Shown: positions 53,595 through 64,000 of the stretch, one piece after another
Layout of the letters: every line of letters starts with the position of its first letter
How positions within the stretch are numbered: position 1 is the stretch's first letter
Source of the DNA: Vicugna vicugna
Lineage: Eukaryota
Direction of reading: 5' to 3'
Assembly: GCA_013265495.1 (NCBI GenBank)
Contig: MU058054.1
Location: 372,001-436,000 of the forward strand
DNA: 64,000 nucleotides
Notes under the pieces: model-generated
What the model saw: the letters and a program-made list of their open reading frames with translations, nothing else
Told to the model about the DNA's origin: nothing
Database searches by the model: none
Program-made: the position numbers and the translations under genes

Positions 53595-55289
53595 TAAAAA
53601 TCTTTATATAGAAATTGCTGTAAACGGAGATGTAAATTTTATTTGGTTTTGGTTTTGGGGGGGTTAATTAATCACATACAATGAACAAACTACTATTACT
53701 CAAAGTTTACTACAAGAATTTAAAAGTAGCCATCATTACAGAAAAATCTAGGTGGGTCAGGAATATAAGAATAAGAAAAATTACCATTATGAGAAATAAC
53801 TAAGTGATTTATATATCTTGAGACTGGTGAAAAGAGGGCTGAGGCTAAATATGCAAGGATTTCACTGGATCAAAAAAGGTTAAGAGCAATATTAAAAACA
53901 GAAATGCAAAGGGAAAAACCCAGTTTCCAAATACTAACGATCAAGAAGAAGCTAAAATCTGTATCAATCAATGCTGAGCAGAAGTTAACATTTTAATTGT
54001 TCTCATAGATCAGAACGTATTCCTGAAAAATTTGCTAAGATCAATTCTATGATTTATCTATTTTAAGAGAATGGAATACATGTTCATAGCAAATTATTTC
54101 TTCCAGGGTTCAGAATTAGTGGCATTACAATAAATCACATGTGCTCTGGACAGTAAGACAGTAAAGAAATAAAATATCAACATAGTAATAATAACACAGA
54201 AGGAGTAAACAGGACAAAAATATTTCCTCAAATGCTTTTAAAAAAATAACATCAAATAATAAAAACAATGTTTTTCTTTGAGTAGTAGGACAGGGTCATC
54301 TTATTTAGCATGGAAGTAATCATCTTCTGAGCTCTAGAAATAGAGTTAAACCTCAACTTATATGAGGTTATAAAACCTTCTCATTAAAGATAACTCATCA
54401 CTAAGAACTGGCCCCAGAGAAGATGACTAATCAGAAGACACATAAGGGAAGGCAATCCACCATATTCAGATTACCAGGCAGAAAAAAGTAAAACAAATAC
54501 TGATTTTATGATACTTGCTAAAATTATAAATTTTGCTTGAGATTCAAAAAGAAAATATTCTTCTAATGTTGTCAGAATAGACTATATTTTCCTTTAAAAG
54601 AAGAATAAGCGTACAGGGAGCTAGACTCAGTCCGATGAAAACCTAGAGGGTATTATTGGTATTCACTAGGCTAGGTCTCACAGCAATGACTTGACAAAGC
54701 CTTGACACTAAAAGTACTTATACCTGCTGTCAATCACTCACTCCTTGACATGTCAAGTGCACGTCCCTTCAGGGACAACTTCAATCAACATTAGCACTCA
54801 AAATACAGTACACAGTGTCACCGCTTCAGAAATGAGAGGAAAAATAAAATGTATTAGATGGCAGGGAAAGGCAGAAAGGCACTCCTCCTTATAGGAGACC
54901 AGGTTCAAATGGAAAGTGGATAAAAATCACTGAGCAAGGTGGGAGGCTGAAACCACCAGTTTATATGGATTTCTTTTTCTGGGAAAATATCCTCTTGCCA
55001 TACATCCTAAAAAAAGAAAATTTGGACAACATATCATAAAGGCTGACAGGGTCCGTTCTGTAATGAACCTTGGGTCTGTGGACCTGCACAGCATGCCAGA
55101 TTATTAGAGCCTGGAAAACAAAGTCAATTTGCAGAGGGAGAGATGCCTAGACGTGGTTCTAAGATACAAAAAGAACCTGAAATAACTATATATGTTATTC
55201 CAGCATTCTCTCATTTGTATTTTTTTTAGCTTTTTAACCTTTTTTCCCCCTTTCATCTCTTCCTCTTCTTTTTTCTGTCTTAGGAAAGC

Positions 55290-55500
55290 ACAGTAAAGAG
55301 CATGGGGCCTGGAGTCAAAGTGCCCTGGGTTCTAATTATCACTGACTGGGTTATGTGGTAATTCCGGGCAAGCTGTTTAACTTTTTCTACACCTCATCCT
55401 GCACTCATACACAATATGTACAACAACCTGCACATTACAGTTACTGTGAAGGTTACATGACAGTATTTGTACGTAAAAGATTTATTAGTGACTGGCACAA
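55290..55500 (+). mobile_element. Decayed MIR SINE
   Basis: Sequence 'gtaaagagcatggggcctggagtcaaagtgccctgggttctaat...gggcaagctgtttaac'. Confidence 0.6.
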
Positions 55501-57469
55501 AAATACAAAGAAGTATTCATCATACACCTGTTTCCCTCCTCTCGCCTCTGGTTTGTTGCTTCTGACTTGGCAACAGAACCCATGTGCTTTCTTGGCCTCA
55601 CTGAGGGAACTCCGCGAACGATGCGGGTGCCTTGTTCAGAACATCAGAGGAGAGCTGGTCAAAGACACTGGGAACCCAACCAGGCTGTGCAAACATTTAC
55701 TTTGGGAATCATGTCCTACAAACCACCAATTTGCGAGTCTTATTTCTGTTGGGAGAACCCTTCCACTGACGCCTGTCAGCTGCAACAAAGGATTATCCAA
55801 GTTTCAGTCTACTAAAATTTCATTAAAAAAATATACTTTGGAGGCTTTACATAAGCTCAGGCACCAGCAGAGTTTATAAGAAGTGGCAGATGAAGAGCAA
55901 AATTATCAAAAGCATTTTTTTTTCACTCTGGCCACAGGCAGTTTTCATTACTATGACCTGATGAGCCATAAAAGCTGGAGAAATTGGACACATTTTAGAA
56001 AAGAAAAACCACCCTAATTTTTAAAAATGTAAGGGCAAATGTAAACAATGCTTTGGGCTAGCACTTATTTCAAATGCCTTTCACTAAAACCATTGTCATG
56101 TTTGCAATGACCCAATAGGTAAGCCCTGCGCTGAAGCTGGATTATTAGTACTATTATTTTTTGCTGACTCCATTCACTCCACAGGCTTCCCATTCCAGCA
56201 GAATTGAAAAGACCGACAGCCTTGTGTGGCTGCCCTACACAAGACAGAGGCAAGATTTATGAAGTCCAGGAAGAATGTGCTTCTCTACTGAAGAAGGCAG
56301 ATTCCTCTGTTAGCCAAGTTCAATAGATAATTGAGCACACAGAACTCATATACCTTTTTCTTTTTCAATTGGTATCCCTGCCTTTTTTCGCCCTTTACTA
56401 TACGTGTTATTAAACTTTAGAGCCAAGAACTGCCAAAAGCCACAAAGCATTCATTTCCCCCCGAGATTAAAAGAGGAAATGAAACATTTTTATTTTCATC
56501 TAAAATAGTGATTTAAGCACTCAAATTTCATACTAATCTACCTAAACATGTACATTAGAAGCTACTTAGCAGCAAGAGCCTCAGAAAAGAAAGTTCTCAT
56601 CACCCCGGGCAGTTCACACTAATAATTAGGAAGAAAAAAGGAAAGCTGTGAATTACAATGAACTAAGACTAAATAAGTGTCCATGTTGGATTAAAGGACT
56701 GAGTAGTCAGTTTGATGTATAATGAATGTGAAAATCAGCCACTTAATTAAATGGTACATGGTATAATCACTTTGTTCTGCATTAAGCCGCTTAAGTTACT
56801 AGAGTGCCTTTAGTTTAGCAACTGTTTACTATTACACCACCCCATGGCTTCTCTTAGACACCGTTTAGCCTCCATACGTCATTCCAAATTTGAAATCTGG
56901 AGTTTATATAGTCATGTTAATTTAGTTGATATATTTCAGTCAGTTTATTCATGAATACAGAAAACAGGAAAACTGCTTCTGATCACAAACGGAAAACATT
57001 CCTAGAAACAGCTGGTGAAAAAAAAATTAAAACCAAGCACATAAAGAGTCTGCAAAACATTTTAAGAATAAAGTAGTATTTTCTTATAGGCGGTTTTATT
57101 ACAATAATTTAGACTTTCCAAGTATTTTCTAATTATATATGCCCTATAAAATGTTCCTCGAACAACTTTCTCTCTGAAGAACTTGGAAATTTTACTGGTT
57201 AACAAGAGCAGTAAGATCCCTGCAAACACATGAAATTAGAACGGGTCAGAGTATAGTTAAGTCTGAAGACATCATGTGTCTATGTCCTTACTGTGAGCTG
57301 GTCTATGAAAAGAAAAAAGGACATAGATGATGAGAATTAAGTAGGCCCTGGCAGTTAATAGGGATTGAAGAAAAAGCAAAAGCAAAAGAAAAAAGTCCTG
57401 AGGATGTAAGGAGAATAAGGCTTGGCTAGAAAGAGTAAGCCACCCACAGAGGTGACGCCTTATACTTAC

Positions 57470-57531
57470 AGCCACTGCAATTCTTCCAAGGACATGCTCT
57501 GGAATTTTTCTATATACATCCAAAGACCCTC
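57470..57531 (-). CDS. MAP2K5: MAP2K5 coding exon, 62 nt, phase 1 to 0: (G)GSLDVYRKIPEHVLGRIAVA (about exon 12 by human numbering, from memory)
   Basis: Minus strand reads tcttcacag|GA GGG TCT TTG GAT...GCA GTG GCT|gtaagt. The peptide appears in ORF 57272..57547 and matches MEK5 after the hinge region. Confidence 0.97.
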
Positions 57532-59292
57532 CTGTGAAGACAAACACGCTGCGTTACAACAAATGAAACTATGAGAACAGTATGCTGGGGACCTCCTCTG
57601 TGCATCCACTGTGAGACTTTTTTTCCCTTCTACTTCCATCATGCATTGGATGCCTAGAGTAAAACTAGCTTTTTAGTCCAACTTTATGACATCATTTTAC
57701 TTCCACATCAAGCATAACTAGATACTTCCATTTTTATTCTCAAAAGGCAGGGGCCATGTTATTCATTTTTACTTTTCATCAACCTAGAAATGAGTACAGC
57801 TAGCGAAGAGTAGATGTTCAATAAATATCTATCAGATGAACAGACAAATGAATTAAAATCACTATGAATTTCACCAGATAGGTTAAGTTGCTCTGAAAAC
57901 AGCTTCAAAAGTAGGGACTGCAAACCACTTGTAGCAACAGTATCACTGAAATAAGTGCATAACTGTCCTAGGTAACTATTTAAAAAAAAACAGTATTTAT
58001 TTGGAAGTATAAATTTGAGTATGCTTGTTAAATTTTTCATCTTACACACGTAGGATAAGAATTTTAGAAGGATATACAAAGAATCACTGCTTTACTCACA
58101 TTAATGATATGATTATACAAGAACTATTTTAACCACATGCAATAACTTTCTTTGAGTCAAGGTGGTATGTACAATCTTTCAGTTCCATAAAGGAGTTATT
58201 CAACATATTTGAGAAACAATTTTTGTTTTTATCAGAGGTTAGAATTCATATTTAACAAATTTACCACAGTATGAATTACAAGTATGCCTCATAAGATATT
58301 AACACGGAGCATATAGTATCCTTTAGAAATGCAGTTAAGTCCATTTTGCAAAAATAAATATTTTCATATGTCAAGTTTTTCTAAAGCTGAACATTAGAAA
58401 AAAATTATATTACTTTCTCCTGTAACAAAATGTTATACATAATACATATGTATAAAGCTACTGGCTTTGTACTTATCCTGTTAAAAGCAGGAAAATCACC
58501 ACTTCTTTAGGCAACTTTGGCTTGTAGTTTCCAGATTCTATGAGAAGCTGGAAAACCACAGTGTAACTGAACCTTATACTTTGGCTCTGGGTGCTACTAG
58601 GAAGAAAATTGAAAAAAAAAAAAAAGACACCTATGTAATGAGCTGAACCATCTTTGCTTACTAAAACAGCATTTTTATTACAGATGCAATGAACATATAG
58701 TAGAAAAATACTTCATGTTCTCATCGATCTTTCAGATGAGTTGGCTGTTGCAAGGATGAACAATCTCAGGATCAAGCTTTACGTGTTGGTATTTGGAATA
58801 CTGACAAACGCAGTTTATTGGGGCAATCCCTTAGGAAGTGAATAGCTTCAGTGGCTCAAAACTAGGAGGTGCAAATCTATTCACATATACTAGTAAGAAC
58901 TCTTAAGAGCAGATTTACTTTTACAGGATATAAAGTAGGGCTTAATTAGCTAAATGGACAGCTAAATGAATAAGCCAAATGAAAAACACCAGAGATTATG
59001 TTACTACATTAGTGGAACAAACCAAACAAAGAATCCCATTTTGAGGTAACTCACTGGTTTTTGTAAATATCTACTTAATCTCAGTTATATCCCACTCTCC
59101 TTAGCCATCCATATGGTAAATCTTTACATAGCTGGCTTTGTTCCATCACAGATTCATCCTGTCCTTGTCATAACCATTAGAGATAAATGTCAGAGGCAAA
59201 AAAAAAAAAAGGTGTGGCCGATCCACTCAGAATCAAGAGTTCCTACTAAGCCTGGTGAATTCTTACCAGGCTAAAAATGCAGAGGGTTTTCA

Positions 59293-59452
59293 TTTTTTAG
59301 TTTTTATTTATTTATTATTGTATCATTTAATTATTTTGGCAGTGGGGTGCATAATTGGATTTATTTATTTTTAGAGGAGGTACTGGGGATTGAATGCAGG
59401 ACCTCGTGCATGATAGGCATGCACTCTACCACTTGAGCTATACCCTTCCCCC
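59293..59452 (-). mobile_element. tRNA-derived SINE (vic-1-like)
   Basis: Plus strand reads tagaggaggtactggggattgaatgcaggacctcgtgcatg...ctctaccacttgagctatacccttcccc with a T-rich tail and an imperfect TSD (..gttttca). Confidence 0.85.
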
Positions 59453-60479
59453 AAAGAGTTTTCAATTGAATTTTTACAGAGTTTTACTATCATTTCTATC
59501 CTATATGCCCATCCCCCAAAGGCAATCCTTAGACTCATCAAATCATCAAACGCTAGTGCAGGAGGGACATTTAAGCTTGATCCAATGACTTTATTTGACA
59601 GATGGGGGAAGCTGAGTCCCAGAGAGGTAAGTATTCTAGTCCCGGCTGAGAGTCAGTTGATGCCAGAGCTCAGAAAAGATCTGAGCCCTTGGATTCCCAG
59701 AACTGCAAAAATCTAAAAGGTTTCCCCATAACATCACATAGCTTGAGAATCACATGTGAACTTTTTATAGTCTCACTGCAATGTGATATTACAACAACAC
59801 ATACTTAGAGAGACGGTTTAATCTTAGCTGAGACACTGGTATTCAAGGCTACAGATCTGACTCATTTATCTGTTGCATGACTGGTTTGAACCTTTTCTTC
59901 ATGATTTCAAGGTCATTGGTTTGCTGTCTGTGACCTGTCACTTCCTTTGGTTCTCTGGCCCCAGATCATCCCTAGTTAGTCATTTCTTGCATGCCACTAT
60001 CCACTGTGGGACCCAGGAGGAGGAGTGCTAATAGACTAGCAAATAACGCATTTTAACTGCCAAACAAGTACCCATTTCCACTGATGAATTAGGGCTATCA
60101 TCTTCATGTAACTAAGCCAAAAAGAACTCATGGGGTGATGTCCATGCTTATCCTAATACAGGGTCAAAATATAAAGTAGTTTCTTGCATGTGGGATAAAC
60201 AAATTTGTGGTACATGAACAAGGCAACATCGCTGTCATATTCATCCTAACATTTTCCTTAAAATGATCATGATTGTTATTAATACTAACAAAATGGAAAT
60301 CTGGAGTCACAAGCTAAAATTTCAGAAGCTCTCTTAGTTTCTCCCAGTTGAAAAAATAAAGAGCCCTTTCTTTCTTTCTTTGCAACATGGGTTTTGAGGG
60401 GAACAATGTATTCCCATGATGGTAACCCAAATACACGTGCATAAATTCTGAGATGCTGTATTTGGCTGCTTCGGAGTGG

Positions 60480-61060
60480 ATCTGATTTTGATTCAGTGAG
60501 AAGGCATATCACATCACTCCCCCACTTCAAACCTTCTAATTCATCCTAATAAATTCAGACTGAAATCCAAGCTCCTTTCCATGACCTACAAGGCCTACAC
60601 AATCCAGCTTCTGCCTACTTCTCTGGCCTCCTACCTGGCCGCAGGTCCTCTCGTCACCACTCTCAAGGCACCCTGGCCTTCTCTTGTGGGACACTGATTA
60701 AGCTTGCTCCTACCTTGGAGCATTTATACTTGATAGTCCCACTGCCTGGAAGATCTTCCCCATGACCTTCCCTGCGCTGGCTCAATGACCTTAAGACTCT
60801 GCTAAAATGCCACCCCCATAAAAAAGCCACCCCTGACTGTCCTATCTAGCACCCCCTCTCTTTATTAGTCATCATCTACCCTGCTTTAGGTTCTAACCAG
60901 ACCTGTCTGTCTCTCAGAGTGTACTGCACATTTCCCGTCTGTCTCCCCCTTCTAGAATTTAAGCCCCATACCAACAGAGATCAAGTCTTGTTCACTGTTG
61001 TGCCCCCGGGTTTAGAACAGTGTCTAAAAGAATATGCTCAATAAATACTCGGAAATAAAC
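60480..61060 (+). mobile_element. L2 LINE fragment
   Basis: Sequence 'aaatccaagctcctttccatgacctacaaggcctacac...gtcttgttcactgttgtgcccc...agaacagtgtct...gctcaataaatac'. Confidence 0.7.
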
Positions 61061-61714
61061 AACTAATGTAAGATTAAAACAAACAATGAGAGTCTACACT
61101 AGAGAAATAGTATTAGGGCTGAGAGAAAGGTGGTGAGAAGATTAACTGGGAAGAGGAGAGCGGGAATGGAAGAGGATGGTACACAGTTTTTGGTGTATGC
61201 ATTTTTAGGGAATGTTTTGTTGTATTAGAGAGAATGAAGGCCCGAAAGAGAGCGGATGGTTGATGAAGAAACTCCACCAAGGGGACGCCCATGTAAAGGG
61301 ACTGACCCTGGGCAGCGCTTCATGGGAGAGGCGGATCAGGCGTGTGCAGTCGTGGCTGGGCCACAGGTGGAAGAGCAAGGAAGTGTGAGGGCTCACACAT
61401 GACAGTCTATTTTCTCTCTGAATGAGAAAGAGGTAGGTAAAATCTGGGGGAGGGTGAGAAAATTTTAGAGTTGTTGATGTGGGAAATAACACAGAAGATG
61501 GGAAAGGGAGAACAAAATGAAGAAGTGGGAAATTTTAGTGTTCGGGGACCAGGTAGCACGGAGTAAAGAGAAGCCGCTAAGTAGCAGTAAGAGAAGGCTT
61601 TAGGCAGCTCAAGTCTAAGGAGTGAGGAGTCTCAAAAAAGAGTGTTAAATATAGTCTATAAAGACTATATTTGTGCGTAGTTTAAGATAAGGGCATAAAG
61701 TATTAAAATATTAA

Positions 61715-64000
61715 CTAAAAGATGACATCACTGAAAATGGCAGGGCAAAAGTCCTCTGAAAATTCTCTTTTCCCCAGAAGAAACGGGCAAAATTTGTCAG
61801 AATGAACTTTTTCAGAACTCTGGAAATTAGCCAACCTCAGAATTATTTATTCAGGACAACACCTGAATCTTGGTAGGAGCGGCAAGCTTTGCGGCATTTT
61901 AACTTGCCACATTCCCAGTGCCTGCTCTCCAGCCCCTGGGACAGGACTGAAGCTGTGCCCCAACACACTCAGAGCCCTTCAGCAAAGACTGGGAGACGTA
62001 GCCTCAGGCATTTAAGGAAGTCTCTGTCCAGTCATTACCTAACCAGTAAGTTAATTGAAAAGAGGCTTCAGTGGCCATATACTGGAGATACAAACATTAT
62101 GGAGTAGTTCAGAAGAGTCACTAAACAAACTTACAACAACAACAAACCCTGGGGATGCAGGAGAGTCTGATTTCCAGAGTAAACACGTTATATAACTTAA
62201 AATGTCCATTTTTCAATAAAAAATGAGACATGTCGAGAAACAAAAAGGTATGACTCATATGCAGGAATGAAAGCAATCAACAGAAAACTGTCCCTAAGAA
62301 AGCTCTGATGTTGGACTTAACTGGAAAAAAATCTTTAGTCAGTTATTTTAATACATGTTCACATAACTAAAGGAAACCATGTGCAAGGAACTAAAGTATG
62401 AAGATGACATCTCCCCAAATGGAAGCTATCAATAAAGAATCAGAAATGATACATACTCCCACAAACACACCTATACACATATATACATTCATATGCATAT
62501 ATTCATACATATATAAATGTACCTATGTCTATATATAAAGTCTGTAGTTGAAAAGGACAACAACTGAAATGAAAATTTCTCCACAGCGTATCTGACCAGG
62601 CAGAAGAAAGATTCAGGGAATATGAAGATAGGTCAATTGAGATTATCCAGTCTGAGGAACAGAAGGAAAAGAGAATAAAGAAAAATGAACACATTTTCAG
62701 AGGCCTGAAAGATATCATAAAGTGTATCAATACACGCATAATGGGGAGACTTGAAAGCGAGGAGTAGAAGCACAAAGAATATCTGGAGGAATAATGCCCA
62801 ATAGTTTCCAAATTTCATAATACCATTAATCTCCATATCCAAGAAGTTCAATAAACTGCAAGAAGGATAAATTCAAAGAGACCTCCACCTAGACACAATA
62901 TAAAACTGTCCATAGACAAAAACAAAAGGAGAATCTTGAAAGCAGTAAGATAAGCAATGCATCAATTACAAGGGATTCTTAAAAAAATTAACTGCTGATT
63001 ATTCATTAGAAACCATGGAAATCTGAGGCAATGAGAATGGTATATTCAAATAGCTCAAAGGGAAAGACTATCAACCCAAAATTCTATACCCAGCAAAACT
63101 ATCTTATAAAAATGAAGAAAATAAGACATACCCAAATAAACAAAAACGAAGGGAATTCATTAGCAGTTGACCTTCCCTAGAAGAAATTCAGTCCTTCAGA
63201 CTGAAAGAACATCAGATTGAAGTTACTAGACAGTAACTCAAATTCATGTGAAGAAATAAAGAGCATTTTTTTTGTTTGTAACTCTCTTTTTTCCTCTTAC
63301 ACAATTTAAAAGACAACCGCATAAAGCAGTAATTATAAATCTTTGTTGATGAGTGTAAAACATATAAGGATGTAACAAACAACAATAACAGTAGAAAGGA
63401 GGGAGAAGGAATGGAGCTACATAGGAGCAAAGTTTTTGTACACCTTTTTATTGAAAGGAAGTTGATATTAATCCAAACTAAGTTGCTACATGTTAAAATG
63501 ATAACTGCAGTCTCCAAGGAAACCAAAAATGGACCTTAAAAATACAGTAAAAAAAAAACCCCACAAGATAATTTAAATAGTACATTAGAAAATATCTACT
63601 TAACATAAAAGAAAGCAGTAATAAAGGTTTGGAGGAAAATAGAAGACACAAGACTTAAAAACAAGTAGTAAAATGGCAGATATAAATTCTATCTTGTCAG
63701 TTAATACATTAAATATAAATGAATTAATGAGAGATTTACAGAATGGATAAAAACATTAACCAAATACATGCTGTCCTTAGGAGATGCACTTTAGATTCAA
63801 AGACACAAATAAGTTGAAAATTAACAATGGAAGAAGATGAAACAAACAAACAAACAGTAATCAGCAGGGAACCAGGATGACTATACTAATGTCAGACAAA
63901 ATAGATTCATATAAATTTCGTGACTAGAGACAAAGAAACACATTTTATTATGATAAGAGTCAATTCATCAAGAAGATATAACAATAATAAACATATATGT
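61715..64000 (+). mobile_element. Old L1M 5' region, decayed ORF1 and start of ORF2 endonuclease, running off the window end
   Basis: ORF1-like sequence ('gcagaagaaagattcagggaatatgaagataggtcaattgagattatccagtctgaggaacag', 'caacccaaaattctatacccagcaaaactatc') and endonuclease-like sequence near 63670-64000 ('acattaaatataaatg', 'gagatgcactttagattcaaagacacaaat', 'tcaattcatcaagaagatataac'). Confidence 0.85.

Larger units (their letters stand above)
1..64000 (-). other. MAP2K5: MAP2K5 (MEK5) gene body, internal part; both flanking introns extend beyond the window
   Basis: Five in-frame, phase-compatible minus-strand exons encode the MEK5 kinase core. I did not find the preceding exon (..ISICTEFMD) or the following exon (LALGRFPYPQ) in the window. 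Confidence 0.95.

Noticed and set aside
55355..55879. 174-aa plus-strand ORF, the longest in the track
   Set aside because: It starts with a non-ATG codon inside a decayed MIR, has no recognisable domain and is antisense within an intron, so it is consistent with chance.
61647..61672. 11-bp perfect inverted repeat aaatatagtct-ataa-agactatattt
   Set aside because: It is short and AT-rich, plausible by chance in 64 kb and too small for a pre-miRNA.
1..64000. A novel multi-gene system, CRISPR array, operon or RNA-gene cluster
   Set aside because: The sequence is repeat-rich mammalian intron. I saw no regularly spaced repeat-spacer array, no long intact ORF and no rRNA. The only recognisable coding signal is MAP2K5 exons and dead L1 ORFs.

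Overview
Mammalian genomic DNA, most likely from a camelid: it carries five tRNA-derived SINEs resembling vic-1 and several related, fairly young L1 3' ends. The whole window lies inside MAP2K5 (MEK5) on the minus strand. Five short GT-AG coding exons (57470-57531, 51994-52042, 23992-24065, 22976-23026, 14954-15025) splice in frame to kinase subdomains V-IX: (G)[102 protein letters not shown]. The rest is intron, made of LINE-1, L2, MIR, hAT DNA transposons, an MLT-type LTR, microsatellites and several repeat-poor blocks rich in homeodomain, SOX and TALE motifs. I cannot support a novel multi-gene system. The most unusual items are a ~3.2 kb L1 that keeps its 5'UTR, ORF1 and 3' end but lacks almost all of ORF2, a PBX-MEIS/PREP motif cluster, inverted retroelement pairs that could form dsRNA in the pre-mRNA, and an L1 insertion with a perfect 23-bp target-site duplication. 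Repeat family names and boundaries were assigned by eye and are approximate.
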